From positions 175,338,001-175,402,000 of the forward strand of contig NC_058368.1 of assembly GCF_018350175.1 (NCBI RefSeq): a stretch of DNA of 64,000 nt, in the 5' to 3' direction. The DNA is from Felis catus (taxonomy: Eukaryota). Shown piece by piece: positions 12,773-25,959 of this stretch; position 1 is the stretch's first letter, and each line of letters opens with the position of its first letter. The notes beneath the pieces are model-generated. The model had not been told where the DNA came from and did no database searches. It saw nothing but the letters and a program-made list of their open reading frames with translations. Position numbers and translations under genes: made by a program.

Positions 12773-14799
12773 AGTATCCTGGAGGCAATCTCTCCACCTC
12801 ACTCTGCCGCCGTTTCCTCGGCTAGAAGATGGTTCGATCCCAACAGGTGCATGGTGTCGTTGAAAAGATGAAATGAGTTCATGATTAAAAACTGTTTAGC
12901 ACAAGGCCTGGCATGTACTAAGCATTCAGTACATAGCAGCTATTTATTATTATTATTATTATATTATTATTTTATTTATCATAAAAGGTTTCCTTTTCAT
13001 TTCCAAAACCTTGAAGTGAGACCCAAACATCAAAGGCTTGCCCCGTACCCAGCTGATTACGCCTACCACAAGAAGCTGGATGCTGGGATCACTGAAAGTC
13101 AATGCCATTGCTTTGTTAGGGAGGCTTTTCAGCCTAGTGATCCCCAGCCTTTTCCTTCTAAGTGATACGGTCCGGAATCACAATAATCATAAAGAACGTC
13201 AGTAATAATAACAGGCAGCCCCTCTCAGGACCAAGCTTTTATTCTGCTGAGTGCCTAACGTACACAGATCCTCACGTGTAGGAATGCTGGGTCCGGTGAC
13301 AGATAAGGAACCGAAGCCCAGAGGGCAGAGTGCTATGGCCAAGGTCCCCAGTGAGCCAGCAGTGGGGTCAGGACACAAACCCGCTCTGTCTGACGTAACA
13401 GCCGCTGCGACGAGGAGCTTTGAGAGTGGACACCCTCCTCCCACCTCCCACCTCAGAAGCTTCCAGAAGGGCGAACGCTGGCTGTGGCAGGAACTGAACG
13501 CCTGCCCTAAAGTCGGAGGCACTCCTTTTGGACATCTTGAGAACACTCTCCTACCTGCACTTCAGGGACATGGGGACTCAAGGATCCCGCAGAAGCCAGG
13601 GGTCCCGTTTTGCTGTGGGATGCTAGCACATGGGGCGGCTGACAAGCTCCCCGATCCCCACACCGTCCACTGCCCTGTATTTGTGGTAAGGCCTCCCGAT
13701 CAGAGCAAGGTCAAAGACCCCGGAGTGAGAGAGAGTGCCACTCAGTTATCTCGGGGGGCACTGGTGCCCACCTCGCTGAGATGTCACCTCACTGAGATGT
13801 CACGATGGTCCGCGGTACTGGGAAGCCAAAGAGGGGCCGCCTCCGTGGCTCTGCTTTCCCGATTCAAAGTACCGCCCCCAACACCCTCCTTGGACACGTC
13901 TGTTTGACCAGTTCCTGCGCCAACACCATTCCAGATGTCCCAAGAGGTGGCCGTCTGTGGCTGGGACCCAAATAGTGGCCTCTCAAATGGTCACCAAGAC
14001 ACCCGTCTCTTCTGGCCCTTTGTCCTGGGTCTTATCAGTGCAACATTCCATTATCTGTGTGAGGCACATCAAACTGGAAAATTCAAAGGGTTCAGCTGCC
14101 AAAATGTGGGCTACTTTTCACAGACGTTCCTCCTAACCCCACAGAGGGCTCAAGTACCCCTCAGTTAGGGCAGGCTTGCTTTTTGGTTGATCTCCAGGAG
14201 GCAAGGAAGGGGGGCTATGCTTTAAGTGCCTGGTGATACATTCTCGGTGCTGTCTTAGGCTGAAAAGATCAGCATCTGAGCAGGGGCACAGGAAGCCACA
14301 TGTCCCACCTCTTCTGTCTCCTCGCCGAGGAGCTCAGCCTCTCTTTGCATACCTCTCCTGGCGGAGAGCTTACCACTTCCCAAGACGGCCCTTTCTGGAA
14401 CCCAGATTTTGGGATTAGAGCCCTGGGTTGGACATCCAGTTCAGCATATGACCCTGGGAAGGTTGCTTCCCTCCTCTGGGTTTCAGCTTCCTTTTCCATA
14501 AATAGGGCTTGTGATCTCACAGGTCTGCGGAGAGATCCAAATATGATATCGGCTGTGGATGTAATTTTGAAATGGCAAGCTGCATGTGGATGGTGAGGGT
14601 TATTTTTATCATAATTGCCATTATGATGAGGATGTCACGCTAACCGTTCCGGAGCTTTCTCTGAAATTGAGCCCACATTTGCTCCCCTCCAGCACCTGTG
14701 CCTCGGTCTTCCCACCCGGGGGTTAATCACAGTGGTTATGGTGAGAAAGAGAAGGTTCCGTCAGCTTTATTACGACTCAGGTCCAACCTGAGAATTTTC

Positions 14800-15023
14800 T
14801 TTTTCTTTTTTTTTTTTTTTCAACGTTTATTTATTGTTGGGACAGAGAGAGACAGAGCACGAACGGGGGAGGGGCAGAGAGAGAGGGAGACACAGAATCG
14901 GAAACAGGCTCCAGGCTCTGAGCCATCAGCCCAGAGCCCGACGCGGGGCTCGAACCCACGGACCGCGAGATCGTGACCTGGCTGAAGTCGGACGCTTAAC
15001 CGACTGCGCCACCCAGGCGCCCC
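14800..15023 (-). mobile_element. Young SINEC_Fc
   Basis: Full length; TSD gagaattttc at 14790-14799 and 15024-15033. Confidence 0.95.
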
Positions 15024-15466
15024 GAGAATTTTCATTCTGGAAAAATATTGAGCAGGAGCACACTTGGAGCCCATGACTCCCCACTAAGGAACTTGCCACT
15101 AGTCACGAGGCCACGTGCATCAGAAAGAGGGACGTGCTCCCATCCTCCCTCCCCATTCTCCTTGTGTCTGTCAACAAGCATTCCAGTGCCTTCTATGAGG
15201 GATACTGAGGAACAACCAGGTCTCTCAACACACCCCACCCCTCTACTCTGTCTCCTGCCGAAATATTTCTTTCTCCAGTGCGTATCACCATCAGACGCTT
15301 CTCACTCACCCACTTGTCTACTATCCGTCCTTTCCTGCTAGAACGGGCACCTTGTCGGTCTTGTTCCCACCCGGTTCTCGGTGCCAGCCTGGGGCCTGGG
15401 CTATGAGAGATTGAATACACGTCTATTGACTGAATTTATAAATAAATGGTGAGTAAGTGCAGCTTC

Positions 15467-15699
15467 TTATTTATTTATTTTTTAATTTTTTTTTTTAATG
15501 TTTACTTATTTCTGAGACAGAGAGAGACAGAGCATGAACAGGGGAGGGGCAGAGGGAGAGGGAGACACAGAATCCGAAGCAGGCTCCAGGCTCTGAGCTG
15601 TCAGCACGGAACCCGACGCGGGGCTCGAACGCACGGGCTGTGAGATCGTGACCTGGGCCAAAGTCGGTCACTCAACCGACTGAGCCACCCAGGCACCCC
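15467..15699 (-). mobile_element. SINEC (Fc2-like)
   Basis: Full length; TSD gtgcagcttc at 15457-15466 and 15702-15711. Confidence 0.93.
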
Positions 15700-16326
15700 G
15701 CGTGCAGCTTCCTATTGGTGGGGAACAACAGACGAGTCTGGGCGTGGTCCCAGTTCAGTGCTCTCAGTGCCGTGACAACAGGTGAACAGGGAATAGTAAG
15801 GACAAAACAAGAGGAGGTAAGAATGCTGCTTCAGTGGTGTCGAGGAAGGCTTCCCTCGGGAGAGATTTGAAATGGGCTTTGAGGGATGAGTAGGAGTTAG
15901 CCAGGTGGACGAGGAAGCTGTGGGTACAAAGGACCCGAGTGTTGAATGACAGGTTGCCTTTGTAGTAGGATACGTTCTAGAGCACGGGGTTCCCGGGGTT
16001 CCACCGGGAGAGGCAGGTGGGGCTGGGGAGGGAGAGCGGTATCTGAAATCAGGTCAGGACCCGTGTATTTCATTGTCAGAGCAGTGGGGAGCCCTGAGAG
16101 CTTCTGGGTGGAAGGGTGAAGGGGTCGGATGGCAGGAAGGCCACTTCTGTGAAACATCTATAGAAGTTTTCACATGTAAGGCAAAGCCAGGAATCAATCC
16201 CGGTCCTTCTGACATCAAAAGCCAATTTCCTTGCCTTATATCACCGACCTCCCAGAAGCCTCAAGGGGAACAGGTACTCAGAGGAGGGGAAGAGCAGAAA
16301 ATAGCAAAGGGCAAAATCATGCTGCC

Positions 16327-16701
16327 TGCTGTGGTCTGAATGTGTTCCCCCAAATTCATACGTTGAATTCCTGACCCCCCCAAAACAATAGCATTAGAAA
16401 GTGAGGCCTTTTGCCTACGTCAAGTGGGTGGAGCCCTCAGGAACGAGACAGGTGCCTTATAAAAGCTCCAGAAAGATCCCTGTCTCTTCCACCGCATGAG
16501 AACATAACAAAAAGGCACACGCTATGCACCTTTGCCAAAAAGTGACCATACCAGCACCTTGAACTTGGCCTTCTAGCCTTCAGAACTGTCAGTAGTAAGT
16601 CACTGTTGCTAATAAGCCACCCCCGCTCAGTGATATTTCAGTAGTGCAACTCAGAAGGACCAAGCTTGGAGCTCACCTTCTGGCTCAGAAGGACCAAGAC
16701 A
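16327..16701 (+). mobile_element. Solo MaLR LTR (MLT1A-like) with 5-bp TSD
   Basis: Starts TGCTGTGGTCTGAATGTG, ends GACCAAGACA (TG...CA termini); ctgcc at 16322-16326 and 16702-16706. Confidence 0.85.
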
Positions 16702-17904
16702 CTGCCCTTGGAGCTCACCTTCTGGGGTTCTTTTTTCTCATGGCCAAATCCAATTTTGCCTACATGTCAATAGTAAAGAGAACAAGGCGTCCTTTTTCTT
16801 CCATACTGATTATGTTAACATCAAAGATCTTAAATCCTTCTTCAGTCCTAGGTTCAGACACTGTTTCCCTTTTTGTGAATGCAAAATGAGTTTGTGGACA
16901 CCTAAACTCTGACCCGCTTTGCTCCCTCTCTTGTGGTTTGCTGCAAAACCTTGGGATTTCAAACGAGAATTCCAGAGCAGATAGTCTAAACTCTTAAATG
17001 AAAGGGAAAGCCCAGGAACTGAACACCCAAGAGACAGATACTACTCTAGGGGCCTTTGCGTGCAAGATTGCTGAATCGTGACGTATGATTATCTTCATTT
17101 TACAGATGAGAGAGCTGAGAGTCAGAGGGGACGTTTTCACACAAGCGTCACGCTAGGAAGTGAAGACTGAGCTTATCGTATCCATCGTTTGGGCTCATGC
17201 CACCATGTGGGTGGCCCGTGGCCATTTCTTCATCACTGGGCGCAGCATGGATACCCAACAAATGTTCGCAAGACGCATGTTGGTAGATGGGATCCTGTTC
17301 ACTGTGACGTCAACTTCTAGACTTGTATTTTCATTCCAAGTTTAGTGTCTGATTACCTCATGTTTGTTCCGTCTCAGTTTGTTGACCAATCATGCCCTCA
17401 CAGTGAGCCCCGTGCTTGCATTCAAAAATATACCCAGAAAACAGAGTTGTCCCCACCCAGCAGGACACAGAGGGTCAACGCTGTGAAGGTGGGTTGGCAT
17501 AAGGCCACCATGAAGAAGACAGGCTCGTATGCTCACCAGACCCTCCCCGGGCACATACGGAGATTCTATTTGCACCGAGGCAGGGTCATGTGACTGGACG
17601 AGAGGGCGACAGGGACAAAGATCTTGAGGCAGACATTAGCAAGAGGTCTGAGGTACAACAAGATGGAAAGTGTGGCCGGAGTCTGCCATGTAGACGTGAT
17701 TTTTTTTTTTTTGCCTGACCAGGCTTTTGTGAGGGTCATACAGAGGCAGAAAAGAGAAAAACTAGCAGGTTTCTCTTTGCTTCCTTCTTGGACCTTGGAA
17801 GGATGGGCTGGCTATAAGGACGGACAAGAACTTGAGCCTAATGAGAAGTTGAAGATGATGCCACTCAAGATCACTCACAACGAGCGTGCAACTGGGTGGC
17901 CTTC

Positions 17905-18260
17905 AGCCGAAGTGACAGAAAAGCCCATTGGCTGTGACTCCCACACAAAGACCATTTATTTCTGTCGCATTGGAAGACGTCAGGAGGTAAGTGGCTCAGG
18001 GTTGGTGTATCAACTCCACAACGTGAGCGAGCTACATCACTCTCCTGTCCTTCTTTGACTCTCTTGTCCTTCTCATGGTTGCAAGATGGCTGCCACAGCA
18101 CCAGGCATCATGGCCTCACTTGACCACGTTCATAGACAGAGGGCAGAGAGCAGCGGTGGGAGGGAGCAAAGAGTTTACCGCCACATGCCTCCTTCTTACC
18201 GTGGAAAATACACTTCCCAGGAACTCCCCAGCAGATTGAAAAGGTCTGGACCACCGGTCA
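17905..18260 (-). mobile_element. Old MaLR LTR fragment (MLT1K/L-like)
   Basis: ctcatggttgcaagatggctgccacagcaccaggcatcatggcctcac is characteristic of old MLT1 elements in antisense. Confidence 0.5.
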
Positions 18261-20275
18261 GACACAGGGAAGGGGTAAGGCGAAGCTGCAGTGGTCACCA
18301 TGCCCATGAGGTCACTGCTCAGCCTCTAAAGTAATTGGTTGATCCAGGAGAAGCAAACAAATGAACACATCGAACTAATCAATCCGTTCTCAGGAGCAAT
18401 GACTCACCTTTGAATGGCACCTTCCAATTACAAAGGGTTGCAAGCATTGGCTCATTATACCCTCACAGCTGACTTTTCAAGGAGAGAGTTTTATCCCCAT
18501 TTTACAGGTGAGAATACAGAGGCTCATAGAGACAGAGTGACTAGCATGTGGCAGGGCTAGGTTAGTCTGTTTCCCAATTCCCCCACAGAATCTCCCCTTC
18601 CTGGGGCCAAGCCAACTTGGCCCTGATTGACTAAAGGAAGCTCACGTTCCCCAGAAATCTCCTTTGGAAAGAAGGGGAAGGGGAAGGGATCACCGGCTGG
18701 CGGTGTGCAGGCAGCAGGTACGCTAGGATCAGAGTGACATGTCTAAATGGTCATTTGGGGGGTAGCACAGACTCGGGTCTCTACTGACCCTCCCCTAGAC
18801 AGGGAGACGCCTCCACGTTGCTCCAGGGGAATCGGGATTGTAGAGGAGGACACAGCTGGCATGCACTTGTCTGACTCCCAAAATAGGCTCCGGGGAACCA
18901 ACCGGGTGGCCCTTTCAGGAAGCTTGGTGCAGAGTTTACGGACCGAGATTGGGGGCAGAGAAAGGAGAGACAGCTAAGCCTCTGGTGCCTCTGCCTGCGC
19001 CCCAAGCACAGAGGGAAGGCGGCCGGGGTGTGGAAGTCAAGGTCAAGGGAGGTATTAAAAGGCTCCAAAAGAGGGAAGATACCGAGGCTCGTCTGTTAAG
19101 TTTTCTTCCCTCAAAAAGCCTGTTCTCAGATCATCCATTTTACACATTTACCATTGTTTCCATCAATTATATATTATTGCTACTACAGCCTTTTCACTTT
19201 ACAGAGTATCATTCTTCCCGCAGGAATTCGGATACTCCAAAAAAGGAAAGATACGAGGGACAATGAACCAGCCTGCCTGCCTTCACCCTAAATAAGCTCT
19301 CAATCCTCAGCCCCGTAGACCTCTGTCTACGGCCGCCTCACCATTTGATTCCTGCCCTTTTCAACCTCTTCCTCCAAGGCAGCGGCATGAACAGTCTATT
19401 TTCTTCCAAAACAGAAAAGCACAACAGCCTCGTGGCAAAACGCTGGAGGGTATTTTATCCAATAACCAAGTGGATGAGCATAGCCGCTTCAGAACGTGCG
19501 TGCTCAGATCCAAACCAGACTCCTCCTCTTGCTTCCGAGCGGGATAAGCTTTGGAAACTCTGTAGCTGATATCCGCCCCTCCACCCCCACCTCCCTCCAC
19601 CCCCCACCCCTGTCACTTTCCCTGCTCCCCGCCCTCCCCTCCCCTCCCCCGCCTCAAGAACAGAACAGCGTGCCTAAAGCAGAGAAAAGGGGCTTTCTGC
19701 TGGTTTTTAGCTTCCAACTTTTGACAACCTAAACCCTCAGGAGAAGGAAGTGTCACCCACCGACGAAATATTTAGGAGGAAACATGAGGCTGCAGGAACA
19801 AGGTCTCCCCTTCCTTTGCAGCTTGCTACCCCTCGGATCAGAACCGATTTCCTCAGACTGGGCATGTGTCTCCCTGGTGAGAGGATCTGAGAGGAGAAAC
19901 AAGATACCTTGGCTGGGTCCTAAAGAAAGAGCCCTGATCTCTCTCCAGGCTGAGCCCGCCCCCCTCCCCCCCATAAGGATGACAAAATCCCTAAGAGGTT
20001 TGTGGATCCCAGAGATAGAACACCCACCCCTGGCTTCCCACAGGGAGCCCAGGAAAGGGATGCATGTGTCCTGGAAACAAGGCTGTGGACAGCCTCACAC
20101 GGACGTGCTGGTGAACCGGGGGCTGCGGAAGCAATGAAATAATTTTTAGGCATCCGATGAGGAGACACCAAATGAAGGGTCTGGCAGATTCATCACAACT
20201 GAAAGAAAGCAGCCTTAACTCCCTCTTTCTCCCTCCCTTATCTCTCCCTTCCTCTCTCTCTCTCTCTCTCTCTCT

Positions 20276-20314
<39 letters not shown>

Positions 20315-20329
20315 CCCATCAGTAAATCT

Positions 20330-20890
20330 TGCATTGATCTTTCAAAACATGAGTACGAAAGGGATTGCCTCACCTGGATTCCTATTTCTGTTACTTCTCT
20401 CACCCTCCTCACACCCTGGATCCAACCACTCCCATCTCTTACCTGACCTACTACAATAGTCTCCTAACTGACTTCCATCCTTACCCCACCATAGTTCTTT
20501 CTGCCCACGGCGGCCAGGGTGATCCCTTAAAAACACAGTCCCCTTCTACTCACAATCCTAAAGCAAGCGCTCAGTTCACCTGGTGCCGAATGCAGATTCC
20601 CTCTGTGACCTGCAAGGTCTTACCTGTGCCCCTCTTGGACCTCATCCCCCCATCATTTCCTTCTGGCTGTTCCTCCGACCTCACAGGCCACCTCAAAGCC
20701 TTTGCGCATGACTGGGAATGTTTCCAGCTGACATGGGACCTACTCCTTTCATTCATTCCAGCTCCAACACTATCTGAGTACCTGATGTGAGAGTATGACT
20801 TTGTTTCTTTCATGTCTGTATCTCCAGTACTTAGGACAGCACCTGACATTTCACGTATGATGGCTGGATATTTATTGAATAAATAAATTT
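20330..20890 (+). mobile_element. L2 LINE 3' fragment
   Basis: cacccatctcttacctgacctactacaatagtctcctaactg-like core and terminal tatttattgaataaataaat. Confidence 0.6.
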
Positions 20891-23800
20891 CCCATGCTGG
20901 CAGCTAACCAAGGGTCCATTGAGGGGAATCCTGAGTCCTGATGGCTGTTAGCAAAGACCAGACGAGTATCTCCTTTATCCTTGTGCAATATCTGAGTTCT
21001 CCAGACCTTCGGTACCGCCCTAGGAAAACGTGAGGGAAGATTGATTGCGCCTACCACTCTAGAAAGGAGTCTCAAAATAGGATTGATACAAACGACAAAG
21101 CGAGGCTGTATTTTTTTGCACCAGGTTTGTGGACTGGGATTCACAGTAGGCACACGGTCCTGAAAGCAGAAACCCCCGCTCGTCGGAGGTGACCTTTCAA
21201 TGGCTTTACTGCTGGCCCAGCTTGCCTGCTTCCTTCGTTCCTGGGCATTCTTAAACGGCATTTCATCCTTTGTCTGTGTCGCACCTGGGCGGGCAGACGC
21301 TTGGTTACCATCCATAATAACAACTAACTTTCATTGAGCATTTACGAGTTCCAGACACTGTGCTACAGGCTTCATATGGATGATATCCTTAATCTCCCCA
21401 ACGACCCTGTGTGGTTTGTAAGGCTTGCAACTATTACCAAGCCCATGTTACAGATGGTCCCTGACCTAGAGGCACTCCGAGGGCCGTGGGGCGGGAGGGT
21501 GGGGGGAGCGGACAGAGACACGAAAGAGACCTGAGTCAATAATTACCATATGGCACAAACTCGAACCGAAGCAAGCACAATGCTGTGGGAACACAGATGG
21601 AGAGCTGGTTAATTCTCTTTCGGCTGGGGGCGGGGGGGGGGGTCAATGAATTCTGCCTTCTGCAGCTACCAGAACCCTCTCAGCCTCTTCTTGTTGGGGA
21701 CCTCCAAACCTGTGGTTCCCCTGTCTGAAACGCCCTGCCCTTAGCTCTTCACATGGCTGGTCCCTCCTCCTCCAGCTCCAGGCACCCTCTAATACCTCCT
21801 CCAAAAGTCGAGTCCCCTTTCCCCCTGCTAGAATGTAAGCTCCCTGAGGGCAGGAACCCAGTCTGTCTTGTTCATGGCTGCATGCCCAAACGTGGGTGAA
21901 CCTTGACGCAGCAGAGGTGCTCGGTAGATCTTTATTGAACAAATGCCTGTATGAGCGTGTGAGCGAATTAAGTAACTGAAATTGAAAGAGGCTCAGGCTG
22001 GAAGGGAGGAAGGGAGAAAAAGAGCATTCCAGACAGAAGACATGTCACGGGCAAAGCCGGAGGGGGGTTGCCGGAACCCGTGGCAGGGAGGAGCACAGAG
22101 ACCATCAGAGACGTCCTCTGCCTCACTCTGCTTAGGGAAGCTCATGGTCAGGATCTCTTGAACCCTTTCCTGCACCCCCCCCATATCACCCCCGCCCCAG
22201 CAGAGTTCTTCGAGCACACTGGGAATCACCCCCGCTGTGCAAATATGTAGCTGTGCCTGCGGTACTGCCTCTCCCTGCTGTCCCATCCTCAGAGGGCTGG
22301 GGCCAGGTCACCGTTTATCTCAAGGGCCCATTCATTGAAAGTGCTCATGTCAAGCAGACCTGGATTGGAACCCCACCTCCACCACCCTGGATGAGCTTCT
22401 AAGCCCCCGAACCCTCGCGTCTGCACCTGTAAATGGAGATACCGATGCCTACCAGCGGGCTGTGAGGACTGCACGAGATGACGTCTCCAAAGCCCTCTGT
22501 ATGACGGCCGGTACACAGTAAGTGCTCAATAAATAACCGATCGACGAGCGAGTGACTTAGCGGATGAGTGAATGAATGAATGACTGACAGAACAAACAGG
22601 TATGTTTGGTGAGATCTTGGAACTTCATAAATTTCGTGAATTGGAGACAGCTGGGTGCAAGAGAGGCTGAAAATTCTCTTCTCCAAACATCCAGAGAATT
22701 CACGACGCGAGCCCTGCTGGAGCCTGACTCCTTTCACCCACCCCAGCAGTGGCTTGGAGGGTGTGGACCAGAGATGCTTGTGTGATGGTCTCCATTGACC
22801 TGTCCTGTCCTGTCCCATGCCCAGGCAGGAATAGCCAATACAGCCGGAGGGCTTCCCCTGGTACGTGGAGAAAGGGCCCCCACAGAGGGGGCTGGGGGCT
22901 TGAGACAGGTCCCAGACAGCTTGTTACACCTTTGCAAACACAGCTCAGTAGCTTCGAGCGTGGGCTCTGGAACCCAACTGTCCGGGTTCAAAAGTCAACC
23001 CTGCTTCTCATTAATCGAGTGGCCCTAGGCAAGTCCCATGGCCTCTGCATGGCTCGGTTTCTGAATCCACAAGCCGAAAATGGTAACAGCACCTGCCTCC
23101 CTGGGCTGTGGCGAGGGTGACAGAGTTCCAACTGGAACAGTCCTGGTCAGACAGAGGCAGTTGGCCATCCTGCTTTCTAGCTGTGTCGCGCTGGGGGCGT
23201 GGTTTCCCTTTTCTGAGCCTTGTCTCAAAACCCTTTCCTGAGCCACTATCTGAGTCACCCCTCCCTGACCACTTGCCACCATACTAGACTTTTTTTTTGG
23301 TTTCTAGCCTAGCACTCACCCCTAGCACGCGTTTCCTCGTTCATTTGTTTGTATACTCACTGCCCGTCTTCCCCCACCAGAATGCAGGATGGGTGCCTTA
23401 CACTTTCTTCCCTTAGAAAGTGAGCCGTAGCCCTATACGCTCTGCCTTACGGATACGTGACGAGCAATCCAAGGAGGTCGTGACAAGGAAAGTCTTCGTA
23501 AAGGACGGCGCACATGGGAGTGAATTTTGGACACAGCTGTAGCCCGCAGAAGATTGGGGTACAGCAGAAAGGGCTGGAGTCAAGTGTTGAACAGGCTCAT
23601 CCCGTATATGAGGCAACATGAGACTCAGGGACAGTAGGTGGGAGGTGCCTGGCCCCAGGCCCCCCCGGGGGTTTGTGGCAGAACTGGAACCTGGGCCTCT
23701 TAGCAGCGAGCTCAGCCCCCTTCCCCTCCTTCTCACGCAACTTCCTCTCTGCTACCCGCCAACATCTAGCAAGACCCTTGTGGAGTCCAGGATATCACCC

Positions 23801-24910
23801 AAGGATGAATCCTCCTCAAAGCCATTCTTGCGGGGGGGGGGGGGGGGATTCCTTGCAAACGGTCAAATTCATGTCCCCCCCGAGCCCTCATCCCCAGCTG
23901 CTGCCAACTTCCTCATGGCTTGGGAATTTGGGAACTGAACTTTTGATCACCGGCATGAGCATTTATTTCCTTCAGTAAACTCAGGCATTACACTATGAAA
24001 GCTCTAAAATATTATTCTTCACGATTTGGAGTCCGCGGGGAATGAAATATTTTGCACAAGTCTCAAACCCTGAGATTTAAAAATGAGCCCTGGCATTTTG
24101 GTTTCAACTTCAAATGAAAATCTCCTATTCGGTCTGGGCCTGTCCAATTTCCAACCTTCACCGGAGTATAAATATTATTTTCTTTCTTCTCGAGTCCAGA
24201 AATTTGTTTTACTAAGTCATCCTAAACATTTTTTTTTTTTAAGGCTAATTTAGTACGGCAACATGTGTAGTATTAGGCAGGGAATCTGTTCAAATGTGCT
24301 GCCCAAATGTTTAGCCATAATAAAACATTTAGACACTTCGTCGTGGACCATCATGTATTGACAACCAGAAAGGAACTCGTTATTTTCACTCCAAACCTGG
24401 TTCGCCTTCTGGTTTCCCTGTCCTAGTAAGGCCAGGGTAGTTCACTTAGGTGTCTGGAAACAAAGAACTATTCTAGACTCTTCCCTCTCTCTCATCCCCC
24501 ACGTCCAATTTGTCACACGCCCCATCATTTCTGCCTCCTCCCATATCTCTCTTAAATCAGTTGCCATAAATGAGAAAGAGTGAAATCATGCCACTTGCAA
24601 CAACGTGGATGGAACTGGAAGGTATTATGCTGAGTGAAATAAGTCAGCCAGAGAAGGACAGATATCATATGTTTCCGCTCCTGTGTGGATCTTGAGAAAC
24701 TTAACAGAAGACCATGGGGGAGGGGAAGAGGGAAAAATAGTTACAAACAGAGAGGGAGGAAGGCAAACCACAGGAGACTCTTAAATACAGAGAACTGAGG
24801 GTGGATGGGGGGGTGGGGGAGAGGGGAAAGTGAGGGATGGGCATTGGGGAGGGCACTTGTTGGGATGAGCACTGGGTTTTGTATGGAACCCAACTTGACA
24901 ATAAATTAAA

Positions 24911-25127
24911 CTTTTTTTTTTTTTAACGTTTATTTATTTTTGGGACAGAGAGAGACAGAGCATGAACAGGGGAGGGGCAGAGAGAGAGGGAGACACAGAA
25001 TCTGAAACAGGCTCCAGGCTCTGAGCCATCAGCCTAGAGCCCGACGCGGGGCTGGAACTCACGGACCGCGAGATTGTGACCTGAGCCGAAGTCGGACGCT
25101 CAACCGACTGAGCCACCCAGGTGCCCC
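24911..25127 (-). mobile_element. SINEC (downstream unit of a dimer)
   Basis: Full-length element with poly-T on + strand. Confidence 0.93.
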
Positions 25128-25135
25128 TCATCAGT

Positions 25136-25351
25136 TTTTTTTTTTTTCAACGTTTATTTATTTTTTTGGACAGAGAGAGACAGAGCATGAACGGGGGAGG
25201 GGCAGAGAGAGAAGGAGACACAGAATCGGAAACAGGCTCCAGGCTCTGAGCCATCAGCCCAGAGCCTGACGTGGGGCTCGAACCCACGGACCACGAGATC
25301 GTGACCTGGCTGAAGTCGGACGCTTAACCGACTGCGCCACCCAGGCGCCCC
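25136..25351 (-). mobile_element. Young SINEC_Fc (upstream unit of a dimer)
   Basis: Full-length element with diagnostic gtgacctggctgaagtcgga and actgcgccacccagg. Confidence 0.95.
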
Positions 25352-25716
25352 GACAATAAATTACATTCATAAAAAGTCAGTTGCCATTGCTCCAGCCTTA
25401 GTATTTACTTAGTTCAAGGCTTCTTTTCCTTCATCTGGACTATTATCATGGTGCCCTAACTGGGTCCTCTGTCCCAGCCGTCTCCCATACACCACCTAAC
25501 TTAAACACCACCCAGGCCAGTGGTCAGACATCTTGCTGATTTACTTTTTCTTTATTTTACATTTCTCTCTTTCCTCCCGATTCTTTGTTAACATTACTCC
25601 TCTTGGCCCCCAGTCTGATGTGTCTCATATGGCCTTAACTGTGGATTGATTCTTGCCAGCCAAGTCATGTTGCTTTGGAGGGAACGTGTTTCAACTTAAA
25701 TTAATAGTATTGTGCT

Positions 25717-25923
25717 GGGGCGCCTGGGTGGCTCAGTCGGTTAAGCGGCTGACCTTGGCTCAGGACATGATCTCGCGGTCCGTGAGGTCGAGCCCCACGT
25801 CGGGCTCTGTGCTGACAGCTCGGAGCCTGGAGCCTGTTTCAGATTCTGTGTCTCCCTGTCTCTGACCCTCCCCCATTCATGCTCTGTCTCTCTCTGTCTC
25901 AAAAATAAATAAACGTTAAAAAA
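25717..25923 (+). mobile_element. SINEC (Fc2-like)
   Basis: TSD aatagtattgtgct at 25703-25716 and 25924-25937. Confidence 0.93.
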
Positions 25924-25959
25924 AATAGTATTGTGCTGTGAACCCCATCGGGTTTCCCT

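Larger units (their letters stand above)
24568..25376 (+). mobile_element. Felid L1 3' end (5'-truncated), interrupted near its tail by two SINECs
   Basis: gtgaaatcatgccacttgcaacaacgtggatggaactggaaggtattatgctgagtgaaataagtcag (end of ORF2) plus 3' UTR; TSD tcagttgccat at 24557-24567 and 25377-25387. Confidence 0.9.

Noticed and set aside
13251..13907. 218-aa ORF
   Set aside because: Non-ATG start, begins in MIR-like sequence, and resembles no protein family I recognise.
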